The translations under genes and the position numbers were made by a program. Shown piece after piece: positions 1 through 7,951 of a DNA stretch of 32,000 bases. Below the pieces are notes generated by a model, which made no database searches, was not told the origin of the DNA, and saw nothing but the letters and a program-made list of their open reading frames with translations. Origin of the DNA: Candidatus Omnitrophota bacterium (lineage in GTDB: Bacteria > Omnitrophota > Gorgyraeia > Zapsychrales > JANLHA01); the NCBI GenBank assembly GCA_963662715.1, contig OY759724.1, positions 780,001 through 812,000 on the forward strand, given 5' to 3'. Positions within the stretch are counted from its first letter, which is position 1. Every line of letters starts with the position of its first letter.

Positions 1-2161
1 CATAAAGATCAACGGTGATCGGGCGCCCCTGCGCCTGCGCCAGCAATTCCTTCATTTTGGCGAATTTTTCATCATCCAATTCAGAAAAAGCTTCCCGGGC
101 CTCATCTTCTAATCCTTTAAGCACATACTGGCTCTGATCGAGATACCCCATCTGGATCAGACGCGAGGAAAGGGCTTCGGCCAGTCCGCCATCTACGCCA
201 AGCTGTTCCAGTTCCTGCTTGGAAACAGCTCGGCCGACCAGCTGTTTCGCCTTGTCAAAAACGGCTTTGTTTCTGAAATCCGTATCATTCAACCGTAACG
301 TAACACTCTTCTGCGCCGGCGGCAACACGTCCCTGATTAACTGCCCCAGAGCGACACTCCCGTCTGCGATATAGTTTTTGAAAATCTCTTCCGGGACTTC
401 TCTAACTGTTCCTTTTATACGGTTGTTCAACGTATTAAAAGAAACAACATCAACGCCCGCCCTCTTCCAGGCGACAACGAGATCATGCATCAACGCGCCC
501 AAACCTCCGCTCATATTGACCTGAGAAATGAAACGGGTCAGTTCTTCCCCATATTTGGCTGCCAGCGTGTCGACCAGAAATCCGCGGTCCAGGGAGGCCT
601 CCATCTGCAAACTGATAACCGTGCGGTCCATAAGATCGGGAACATTTTGGGCCGCCCAGGAATTTTCATCAACACCCTGCAGGTCAGCCTCCGTCGTCTC
701 CCCCATCCGGACCGGCGCCGCTTTCTTGCCGTTTAACACGTCAACGGCCTCGGCCATAAAATCCAATATCTGCAAAGCGCTCAAAAGTTTCCGCTGATCT
801 ATTCTTGATAAACTTGTCCGCACCGATGTCTCCGGCAGTTGCAGCGGAGATGAGACCGCTCCCTGTCCGTCTATCGACAAGCGGACAACATCATCCATCG
901 CATCAGCCGCGGCCTTATTTCCGACTTCGGTGAGATTCACCTGGATATTAATAGGAGAACTCCCTGAAGCTGTTCCGGCCCCGCGCTCCTGATAACGGGC
1001 CGGCAGGTTTCCGCGAAGGTCTTCCCTTATATGTTTCACCGCCGTAAGCTGCATCCCTCCGGAAAAATACTTCCGGGGAATCGGCTGGGTCTCCTCCGGG
1101 TGGTTCTCTTCGCGGATATAATTGAACACGCCTTTTTCAAAAGCCATGAGATATTGTTGATAAATTTTCTCGCTGATCCGCTTGTCCTCGACATCAATGC
1201 CTTTTGTTCTGGTCTTATTGACATAAACCTTCCCCAGCAGGGATTGCCGCAGATTGTCTTTATACCAGGAGGCTAAAATGACCGAGTTATATATCTGCCG
1301 AAGGTTGGAAAACGTCTTGCTTTCATTCACTTCCTTTTCAAGTTCCGGGATGAGGATCTCCCGGACAATATCAGAAACATCCCCGCTGATTTCTTTGGCT
1401 TCATGGTCAGAGACATGATCAAGCCCGAATTTTTTAGTGCCCCGGGTTTTCTGTAAAGCAAGATAATCCTGTTCAAGCATAACCTTTAAATGGCTGTCGA
1501 CCACATAAGCTCCGCCGGCTTTCTCGTAAACGACAGCTTTATCCGGAACAATCCAGATTTTATTAAAAGTATTGACCGGGATATTGATCGTCCCGAAACG
1601 CCGGTAAGCTTTCTCATAAGCCCTTTGCCAGAATTCCTGCCCCAGTTTTTCTTCCGGATAAATTAACGAAGCAGAAATTTGTTTCAGCAAATAGTCTAAA
1701 GCTAAAAGATCCCGTCCCATTTCCGTCTTCCCGAAGGCCTTCGGGATAATACGGTCTTTTTCATAAGGGGAAAGGTTGACCCACATGTCTTCTTCCGGAA
1801 TTGTGAGAGCAGCCAGAAAATACTTAATTAAGTCCGTGGCTTGACGCCGGAATTCCTTCCCGTCAGGGTCCTCGTCTCCGGGATCAACAATAAAATCCAG
1901 ACGTAAGGGCTGGTCAGGATAAATCCGGACGCCCTGGATAATCATCGGGTTAAAAGTGCCGCTGAGACGGAGCATCTTCCCGGGAGGCGGCAGGTCCGGC
2001 ACGGCCATGGTCTCGTTCAGGGCATAGGCCGCAGATACCGGAGAGAACCACGCAACAGGACTCGGGATAATTAGACTGGACGAAATAACTAATATAAGGA
2101 ATACATTGGAAACTTTACAGAAGACACGTTTGGATTGACGGGATAAAGTCTGGCGTTTCAA
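1..2161 (-). CDS. Large exported or membrane-anchored protein, 3' end cut by the window edge (720 codons visible). N-terminal region is conserved-hypothetical; the distal part has an SGGLG motif reminiscent of alpha-glucan phosphorylase / glycogen-synthase-type glycosyltransferases.
   Basis: Absent from the ORF track because it runs off the left edge. Hand translation of the minus strand: TTG at 2161-2159, preceded by AAGGAGG (7-nt spacer) and by an in-frame TAA at 2176-2174. The frame stays open down to position 2. The N-terminus LKRQTLSRQSKRVFCKVSNVFLILVISSSLIIPSPVAW looks like a signal or anchor. Later sequence reads ...NMSGGLGALMHDLVVAWKRAGVDVVSF... Confidence 0.6.
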   Translation of the reverse strand, partial: MKRQTLSRQSKRVFCKVSNVFLILVISSSLIIPSPVAWFSPVSAAYALNETMAVPDLPPPGKMLRLSGTFNPMIIQGVRIYPDQPLRLDFIVDPGDEDPDGKEFRRQATDLIKYFLAALTIPEEDMWVNLSPYEKDRIIPKAFGKTEMGRDLLALDYLLKQISASLIYPEEKLGQEFWQRAYEKAYRRFGTINIPVNTFNKIWIVPDKAVVYEKAGGAYVVDSHLKVMLEQDYLALQKTRGTKKFGLDHVSDHEAKEISGDVSDIVREILIPELEKEVNESKTFSNLRQIYNSVILASWYKDNLRQSLLGKVYVNKTRTKGIDVEDKRISEKIYQQYLMAFEKGVFNYIREENHPEETQPIPRKYFSGGMQLTAVKHIREDLRGNLPARYQERGAGTASGSSPINIQVNLTEVGNKAAADAMDDVVRLSIDGQGAVSSPLQLPETSVRTSLSRIDQRKLLSALQILDFMAEAVDVLNGKKAAPVRMGETTEADLQGVDENSWAAQNVPDLMDRTVISLQMEASLDRGFLVDTLAAKYGEELTRFISQVNMSGGLGALMHDLVVAWKRAGVDVVSFNTLNNRIKGTVREVPEEIFKNYIADGSVALGQLIRDVLPPAQKSVTLRLNDTDFRNKAVFDKAKQLVGRAVSKQELEQLGVDGGLAEALSSRLIQMGYLDQSQYVLKGLEDEAREAFSELDDEKFAKMKELLAQAQGRPITVDLY

Positions 2162-2277
2162 TCTTAATCCTCCTTAGATAAATTATAGATGACTGTTAAG
2201 AATTAAAAATTCTTAAGTTTCGTGAGGGACATTTTTTGAAAGGGTGAGTAAAGGCACAGGGTTATTGCCTTATAATA

Positions 2278-2306
2278 AGTATATACTAAGTTATTTCTAT
2301 TGACAA
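2278..2306 (-). promoter_or_regulatory. Sigma-70-like promoter for the large CDS starting at 2161
   Basis: Minus strand reads TTGTCA (2306-2301), a 17-nt spacer, then TATACT (2283-2278), in an AT-rich intergenic region about 115 nt upstream of the TTG start. Confidence 0.35.
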
Positions 2307-2448
2307 GTCAAAATATTCATACCTTATAGATATAGCCCCTTTTTGCCGTATCCGGATATTTTTATTTACTGTTTTAAAAAAACACTCTTTTCCCCGCTTT
2401 TTTAGGCTATTTTTCCCTTAGGGACTCCGGGACAAAACATAGGACAAG

Positions 2449-2479
2449 AAAAAAAAGGGACAGCACACTGTCCCTTTTT
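2449..2479 (-). terminator. Rho-independent terminator downstream of the PEP-CTERM gene (symmetric, could act in both directions)
   Basis: Stem GGGACAG (2457-2463), loop CACA, stem CTGTCCC (2468-2474). Flanked by A8 on one side and T5 on the other, so the minus-strand RNA has the hairpin followed by U8. Lies 30 nt after the stop at 2509. Confidence 0.6.
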
Positions 2480-2508
2480 CCTGTCCCTCTATCACCCTGT
2501 GGTCCTAT

Positions 2509-3330
2509 TTATTCAAACTTTTTTCTCCTTCTTAACACAGCCCCCCCAAGTAAACTGCCGCCTAATAAAAACAGCGTTGCCGGTTCCGGGACATGATTGC
2601 CATAAGCTTTAAGATTTAACTCGTCATTCCCGCATTTCATGGTCCAGTGAATCCAAGCGACGGAATCCTCTGAATCATATAAATCCATATCTAAAAGCGC
2701 CAAAGGGATCCGGGCTTCCATGACATAATGGGAATTCTGTTCTCCGCTGTAGACAAAATCAGCCCCTAAATCAGTAACAGCGACATTATCGCCGGTTACA
2801 TCCCCGGAGGCATCCCTTGCAATCCGCCAGGGATCAGCACTGGAATGCTGACTGTATTGCACGTTATCCCAGCTGGAAACAGAGTATAATGTCGAGGAAG
2901 TCACATCAATGGCATAGCTCTGCGCGCCGGGAGCATAAGATAAAAACGGATTGTCTATTGACCCGATTTCGATAAAAATATCTCCTGCCGGATACGATGT
3001 CCCAGTTGCCGGTAATCCGGTAATAACCGCGATATAGAGATAATCGGCATCATTATCAAAATAAATCGCTTCGGCATCATAAGTGTTCCCTGTCGTGTAG
3101 CCGGGACCCACATAGGTGTTGTTGGGAGAATTCACATCGGCATTGTCTTCTGTTAAGACATCAATATTATAACCCCCCGTTGGCAGGTGCGTATCCAAGT
3201 AACCCTGATTTGTGGCCTGGGAAAGATCAATACCCCAATCATCAACATTGCCGTCAATGACATAAAAGGCTTGTGCTAAAGATACCGGGAAAAGCAGGAA
3301 AAGAAATAAAAAAATTGTAATTTTTTTCAT
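2509..3330 (-). CDS. PEP-CTERM sorting-domain secreted protein
   Basis: Signal peptide MKKITIFLFLFLLFPVSLAQA. C-terminus VPEPATLFLLGGSLLGGAVLRRRKKFE is the PEP motif, a hydrophobic helix and a basic tail. SD GAGGTGA lies 4 nt upstream of the ATG. Confidence 0.85.
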   Translation of the reverse strand: MKKITIFLFLFLLFPVSLAQAFYVIDGNVDDWGIDLSQATNQGYLDTHLPTGGYNIDVLTEDNADVNSPNNTYVGPGYTTGNTYDAEAIYFDNDADYLYIAVITGLPATGTSYPAGDIFIEIGSIDNPFLSYAPGAQSYAIDVTSSTLYSVSSWDNVQYSQHSSADPWRIARDASGDVTGDNVAVTDLGADFVYSGEQNSHYVMEARIPLALLDMDLYDSEDSVAWIHWTMKCGNDELNLKAYGNHVPEPATLFLLGGSLLGGAVLRRRKKFE

Positions 3331-3362
3331 AATATCACCTCACGTTTTTTACAAATTAACAG

Positions 3363-3378
3363 AGCAAATATTATGCCA
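3363..3378 (-). promoter_or_regulatory. Sigma-54 (-24/-12) promoter upstream of the PEP-CTERM gene
   Basis: Minus strand reads TGGCATAATATTTGCT, i.e. TGGCAt-N5-TTGCt with canonical GG-to-GC spacing. It lies 33 nt upstream of the ATG at 3330, leaving a roughly 20-nt leader that contains the SD. Confidence 0.55.
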
Positions 3379-3549
3379 TTTTTAAACACCAAGTATTACA
3401 AAAAATTATTATTCATAAATGATTATTATTAAAAAGCTTGAGTTGTATATATTTAGAACATATGCTCAAAATAACAAAAAGTATCATCCTTTCCTGGCAA
3501 AAAAAGAAATACTGAAGAATTTTTTAAAAATGTTGATTTTTTTAAACGT

Positions 3550-3870
3550 TCAGAAAAGACTGCCGGAGGGATGGGAGGAAAAACAATAAATTTTCAGAAG
3601 AAAAAGCAATAAAACAGCTTGAAAAATTATGATAAGCATAAAAACTATTTTAAATGGACCTTTTATAGTTTTATGACGAAAAACGTTTTGCCCCGCTAAA
3701 GCCGCAGGACTCCCCCCCAAAAAAGCCAATATATGCAAAGCCTTTTCACTGACACGGAACCATCTTCTGACAGCCGCAAGCTTATCATATCCATAACACA
3801 TAAATGTTATCAAGTTTAAACCAATAAGATAGTAAATAATATATTCCATAATAATATTTAACGGCGGCAC
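3550..3870 (-). CDS. DUF1294 family small membrane protein
   Basis: Motif YGYDKLAAVRRWFRVSEKALHILAFLGGSPAALAGQNVFRHKTIKGPF matches the remembered DUF1294 pattern (DK..A...R.PE..L..LAL.GG..GA....FRHKT.K..F). The start is GTG at 3870; an alternative ATG is at 3849. Confidence 0.75.
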   Translation of the reverse strand: MPPLNIIMEYIIYYLIGLNLITFMCYGYDKLAAVRRWFRVSEKALHILAFLGGSPAALAGQNVFRHKTIKGPFKIVFMLIIIFQAVLLLFLLKIYCFSSHPSGSLF

Positions 3871-3947
3871 AATCCGCGCATCTATTTTTCTTTAAAAAAA
3901 CGGCAGGCCTTAGGATCACAGGAACATGCGCCGGGGATTATATGTCT

Positions 3948-4901
3948 CTATTGTTTTGCCAGGAGCTGCCGGGTTATATCGACCGCTGATTTCAGCACAT
4001 ACTCCGCAGCACGTCTGTTGGTATGATACCCTGATGTCCTTGTTGTTCTTTGCCGGATCACCAAAACAGTAACGTCATTCTCGGATTTATGCTCCAGGGT
4101 GAGTCCCCGGGGGGGATTCCGGATATGGTCCTTCATGTCATGAAAAAACCGGGAGGACTTTGCGATAAGCACACAATACAAATACGGATAATCGGTGCCC
4201 TGAACGGTGTTCATGGAAATCTGAACCTGCAGCCCTAAGAATTCTTTCGGCGCAGGGAAAAATCTCAACATAAGCCGGGCATCCGTAGGGACCTTTTTGC
4301 CCTCTTTTGTCCTCCGGGTCGCCAGCATCGGCAGAACCTGCACGTCACTGGGCGCAGATAAAAACCGCATCATACCTTCCAATAATTTTACTTTTATAAT
4401 CAGCCGGTCCTTTTTCAAAAAATCCCGGACCCCGACAAACCAATGCGGGGCAAAAACCACGGCCGAATCCCACGCCCAATAGCCTGCCAGGACCTCATTT
4501 CCCTGCATCACAAAATGGAACCAGACAGCAGCACAGCCCAACGCACATCCCGCGAAACAGGCAACGCCCAAGGGATTCGTGATATCGAAACAATCCAGGT
4601 CCCACTGCTGCAGTTGTTTTTGTTTAAGCTGAATCTTTTGATATTCATCCGGCGTGACCTGGGACCAGTCCTCCGGCCCCCTGACCGATGGACGGGCCGA
4701 ATAGCCTTTGATCAGAGTCAGCCCTGTCGCAAAGGCCAGAAACGCCAGACCCAGCCAGAAATTGATAAACAGCTGCGCCGTAAGTCCCAGCCCGAAAAGC
4801 GCCAAAACAATCTTTATGCGCAATAAATAAGGCCAGCTTTTTGCGAAAAGAAAATGGATATCCCCCTGTCGCTGAGGATCAGGAAAAAGTTTCACGAACA
4901 A
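3948..4901 (-). CDS. Uncharacterised multi-pass membrane protein with a soluble C-terminal domain, translationally coupled to the radical SAM gene
   Basis: 317-aa ORF with hydrophobic segments (IVLALFGLGLTAQLFINFWLGLAFLAFATGLTLI, PLGVACFAGCALGCAAVWFHFVM, AGYWAWDSAVVFAPHWFVGV). I recognise no family. The track start is TTG at 4901. A GTG at 4895 overlaps the rSAM stop as GTGA, with GGAGG 7 nt upstream, and is the more likely start. Confidence 0.7.
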   Translation of the reverse strand: MFVKLFPDPQRQGDIHFLFAKSWPYLLRIKIVLALFGLGLTAQLFINFWLGLAFLAFATGLTLIKGYSARPSVRGPEDWSQVTPDEYQKIQLKQKQLQQWDLDCFDITNPLGVACFAGCALGCAAVWFHFVMQGNEVLAGYWAWDSAVVFAPHWFVGVRDFLKKDRLIIKVKLLEGMMRFLSAPSDVQVLPMLATRRTKEGKKVPTDARLMLRFFPAPKEFLGLQVQISMNTVQGTDYPYLYCVLIAKSSRFFHDMKDHIRNPPRGLTLEHKSENDVTVLVIRQRTTRTSGYHTNRRAAEYVLKSAVDITRQLLAKQ

Positions 4902-6223
4902 ACCTCCGTCGCTAAAGGTTCCAAAAGCTCCTGATAGCCGACCTGCCGCCAGTATAAGGGACAGCCTCCGTTACAGACAGCCAGATCCCGGCAACCCTGA
5001 CACCGTTCATGGGCGAAACGCTTCTGCTGGAAATACTGAAAAGGCGGACTGCTCCAGAAGGTCTTAAACCGCCCCTTCATCTCTAAAATATTCCCCATCG
5101 GCTGAGGATAGCTGGAACAGGGCAGAATATCTCCGTTAGGCGCGACACTCAATAATCCGTCACAGGCGGCACAGCCTCTGTTGCCCAGACCGTGGACAAT
5201 GGGATTAAAAATGCATAAAGGGGTCGGAGAATACCACATGAATTCTAGCCCCATCTCTTGGGCTTTTTTCTGTACGGATAAAACCGTGTCGCCGATCTCC
5301 GAGTAAGTCACAAGAATATCCGGCAAATTCAAAACCGCGGCCCCTTCCGGCATCAGCATATTCATGGAAAATTTATCTACGCCCAAACTCTTCACCAGAG
5401 GAAGGATGGCCAATAAGCTCCCTTTATTCAAGGCAGAAACCGTTGTATTCGTATGCACCCGTATCCCCGCCTCTTTCAAATTTTTGAAACCGGACAGGCT
5501 TTTATGAAAAGCCCCTTCGCTCTGCACGATCTTATCGTGTAAGACCGCGTCCCCGGCCTCCAGGCTCACCTGGGCAGAATCAAGGCCCGCTTCTTTGTAG
5601 CGGGAAGCCTGATCCTGGGTTATCAACGTTCCGTTGGTGATGAGGTTCGTCCACATCTTCAGCGATTTCGCATAAGAAATCAGCTCCGGCAGGTCCGGCC
5701 TGAGTGTCGGCTCGCCGCCGGTAAAACTCACGGAAGGGACTTCGGCTTCCTGTCTGATGATCGCAAGTATCTCCTTAATCTGCTCCGTATCGTGCTCCCG
5801 GGACCCGGAGTCTTTACGGCATCCGCACGACGCATAACAAAACCGGCAGGACAAGTTGCACCTATAGGTCACGGCGATTTCGCTCAGCACCGGAAGAGTG
5901 TTAAAAGGGAGCTGAAAGGGATATTGTTCCACCGCCTTCCGCTCGCCCTGCTCATGGTAGCATCCTTTTAATAAAGCCAGCAGGTCGCAAAAGAAAAAAT
6001 GCAAATCCCGGGACACCCGCTCCCTGTCGGGATAACGGTTAATAATCGTATAAATACTTTCTCCTGACAGAAGAGCTTTTAATACTCTGACCCCGGACTC
6101 ATTGATTTTATGCGCTTCATTGGGAATCTTGATGAGAAGATTGTCGTACTCCCGGACATGAATATACGGGGCCACCCCCTTTATATACTGATCAACCCAT
6201 TGGATATGCGAATAATAATCCAT
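4892..6223 (-). CDS. Radical SAM/SPASM-domain peptide or protein maturase with an N-terminal PqqD-like RRE domain
   Basis: The CNLSCRFC (CX3CX2C) motif is at 5837-5860, and GGEPTLRPDLPELI follows. SPASM signature: GCAACDGLLSVAPNGDILPC, then CQGCRDLAVCNGGC (CX2CX5CX3C) at 4961-5002. The N-terminal ~95 aa (KINESGVRVLKALLSGESIYTIINRY...VSRDLHFFFCDLLALL) resembles PqqD/RRE. I place the start at ATG 6223 (MDYYSHIQW), 14 nt after the upstream stop. The track start at 6331 reads through the upstream gene's repeat in another frame. Confidence 0.9.
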   Translation of the reverse strand: MDYYSHIQWVDQYIKGVAPYIHVREYDNLLIKIPNEAHKINESGVRVLKALLSGESIYTIINRYPDRERVSRDLHFFFCDLLALLKGCYHEQGERKAVEQYPFQLPFNTLPVLSEIAVTYRCNLSCRFCYASCGCRKDSGSREHDTEQIKEILAIIRQEAEVPSVSFTGGEPTLRPDLPELISYAKSLKMWTNLITNGTLITQDQASRYKEAGLDSAQVSLEAGDAVLHDKIVQSEGAFHKSLSGFKNLKEAGIRVHTNTTVSALNKGSLLAILPLVKSLGVDKFSMNMLMPEGAAVLNLPDILVTYSEIGDTVLSVQKKAQEMGLEFMWYSPTPLCIFNPIVHGLGNRGCAACDGLLSVAPNGDILPCSSYPQPMGNILEMKGRFKTFWSSPPFQYFQQKRFAHERCQGCRDLAVCNGGCPLYWRQVGYQELLEPLATEVCS

Positions 6224-6237
6224 CTCGTTCCCTGCTG

Positions 6238-7920
6238 TTAGTGTCCGCTGCTGACACAAGCGCCGTGACAGGCGCCATGGCATGCGGAATGACATGCCGA
6301 ATGGCATGCGGAATGACACGCCGAATGACATGCGTCATGACAGACATTCTGCAAAAACGGCCCTTCATAACAGACGGCCGTATTCCGGAAGGAGGAGAAG
6401 CCTTCCTTCACCTGCGGCAGACTTTGTTCAAACGAACGTCCGACGTCCTGGCTGTTTCGGTAATAATCCCGGTCATGATAATAGGGACGGCCGTGATAAT
6501 GGTCGTAATATCCGTCCCAATAATGACTGTGATCTGTCTCTTGACGGGAAAGGCTTTTTTCTCTCTCCAGATCTTTCTGCATCCGCTTCTTATAATAAGC
6601 CTTCGTGGCTTCCAGGTCGCAGTCCCAGGCCTTTTGTTCAACTCCGGCGGCTATCGTGTGAAACAGATCATTCACATATGACTGCGGAATATCCCCATAC
6701 ATATCTATGGCCGTAAAAAGGTTGTTCTCATAAGGGTCTTCACTGCCGGTCGCCGCCGGGACCCGTTCGAGCTTTAAGGGATCACGGCTGATGACATGAA
6801 TCAGCCCTTTCCGTTCCAGGTTCTGAATCATGAGCCCCGCCAAAGTCCCCAAGGGAAGATCTAAGAGCAACCCGGCTTCAATGGGCGTCAGGGTCTTACA
6901 GATTTTCCCTTTCTTGCGAAATGATCCCAGCTGGATTTTGGGAGGGGTCCATTCCTCTCCATCCCATTTGATAGGATCAATACCGTCCTGGGCCGCCAGC
7001 ATGGAAATATGTTTCCGCGTCATAATCAAGAAAGGGACCCCCATCAGGACCACCACGGACAAAAGAATAAAAGATATAAGCCCTCCAAAAGACAGCGGCA
7101 CAACCGACAGAACACTGCCGGGGAAGAAGCGGTTAAGAATGTATTTTTCTTCGGCCTTTTGGAATCCCGGTGTTTCGGCCCAGGGCCGGGCCGGGGCCAT
7201 TGTCTGCAGATTAAAATAGGACGCATCCAGATACGTTTGTATCTGGAAATGATACCGTTTTTGAAGGTTATTCCGGTGGAAACGGACGGTCAGGACATTC
7301 TCTCCGCTGGCATTCTCTGCGGTCGGGTAGTCGATAGAGTACTCTCGGTTGACATATTTTTCCGTCATGAATTTCAGAGACGACAAAAGATCGGACGTGA
7401 CTTCTGAGCCGGTCAAGACAACAGGGTAATGGACCGTCACGGTTTGGTGATCCAGGGCATCGCTCCACTGCACCGGCGCCCAGTTCAAAACAGCCAGCCG
7501 GCCGTGATCACTCTCTGTTTGGGTGACATTCCCGCTCTGCTGCAGATCCGTTTCGTAGTGAAAAAAGTACGTGATGTCCCCGTCATGGAAAGCCTGCCCG
7601 TTGGCGAGGATGATATCATATTTGCCGGGGGAAAGGTATTTGATCTCTAAAGGGTACTGCCTGCCGGACTGATCAACGGCAAAAGCCTCATCATAATTAA
7701 AGCGGGGTGTCCCGGCAAAACCTTCGAAATAAAAACCGTGAAGATTGGCGGAGTGGCAGGACCAGCGTACAGCGTAGGCCACCTGCGCTTTGCCGTCCTG
7801 GTCCAGGACCAGGTCAACCTCAGCCCAGCGCATTTGAAAATGACCGGCCCATAGCGGTGAGGCAAACACGCACAGGGAAAGAACAACGAGGAAAGAAAAT
7901 AATATTTTTTTTCTAAACAT
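6238..7920 (-). CDS. DUF2207-like membrane protein (signal peptide, extracytoplasmic domain, TM region, cytoplasmic domain) ending in an (A-C-H-x)n Cys/His repeat tail
   Basis: Signal peptide MFRKKILFSFLVVLSLCVFASPLWA. N-domain motifs (LVLDQDGKAQVAYAVRW...LHGFYFEGF) and the post-TM LTPIEAGLLLD...LERKGLIHV resemble DUF2207, from memory. Hydrophobic stretch at about 7021-7128. C-terminus reads ...NVCHDACHSACHSACHSACHSACHGACHGACVSSGH. I prefer the start at ATG 7920 over the track start at 7950, because the -10 box at 7952-7957 would put the TSS downstream of 7950. Confidence 0.85.
   Translation of the reverse strand: MFRKKILFSFLVVLSLCVFASPLWAGHFQMRWAEVDLVLDQDGKAQVAYAVRWSCHSANLHGFYFEGFAGTPRFNYDEAFAVDQSGRQYPLEIKYLSPGKYDIILANGQAFHDGDITYFFHYETDLQQSGNVTQTESDHGRLAVLNWAPVQWSDALDHQTVTVHYPVVLTGSEVTSDLLSSLKFMTEKYVNREYSIDYPTAENASGENVLTVRFHRNNLQKRYHFQIQTYLDASYFNLQTMAPARPWAETPGFQKAEEKYILNRFFPGSVLSVVPLSFGGLISFILLSVVVLMGVPFLIMTRKHISMLAAQDGIDPIKWDGEEWTPPKIQLGSFRKKGKICKTLTPIEAGLLLDLPLGTLAGLMIQNLERKGLIHVISRDPLKLERVPAATGSEDPYENNLFTAIDMYGDIPQSYVNDLFHTIAAGVEQKAWDCDLEATKAYYKKRMQKDLEREKSLSRQETDHSHYWDGYYDHYHGRPYYHDRDYYRNSQDVGRSFEQSLPQVKEGFSSFRNTAVCYEGPFLQNVCHDACHSACHSACHSACHSACHGACHGACVSSGH
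6256..6342 (-). repeat. Coding tandem repeat: seven CHxA tetrapeptide units plus a terminal Cys (12-nt period; two 24-nt copies 23/24 identical at 6279-6326)
   Basis: Minus-strand codons: tgt cat gac gca / tgt cat tcg gcg / tgt cat tcc gca / tgc cat tcg gca / tgt cat tcc gca / tgc cat ggc gcc / tgt cac ggc gct / tgt. Confidence 0.95.
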
Positions 7921-7951
7921 GGGGCTTGCGTCTCGTTTTGACAATGTCATT

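Noticed and set aside
2300-2335. Plus-strand TTGACA followed by a TATAGA-like box in the 2160-2450 intergenic region
   Set aside because: It would transcribe antisense into the PEP-CTERM gene. The same AT-rich region gives a better minus-strand promoter for the adjacent large gene.
6224-6331. N-terminal 36-codon extension of the radical SAM ORF (MSFGVSFRMPFGMSFRMPWRLS...), which itself looks like a peptide repeat
   Set aside because: It is the ACHX repeat DNA read in another frame, and it overlaps the upstream gene's last 31 codons. The ATG at 6223 follows the upstream stop by 14 nt and begins the PqqD-like domain, so the extension is an ORF-calling artefact.
6241-7407. Several 129-146-aa plus-strand ORFs antisense to the ACHX-tail protein gene
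   Set aside because: They have no SD sequences and Arg/Pro/Gly-rich, low-information translations. They overlap one another and a well-supported minus-strand gene. This is typical of antisense open frames.
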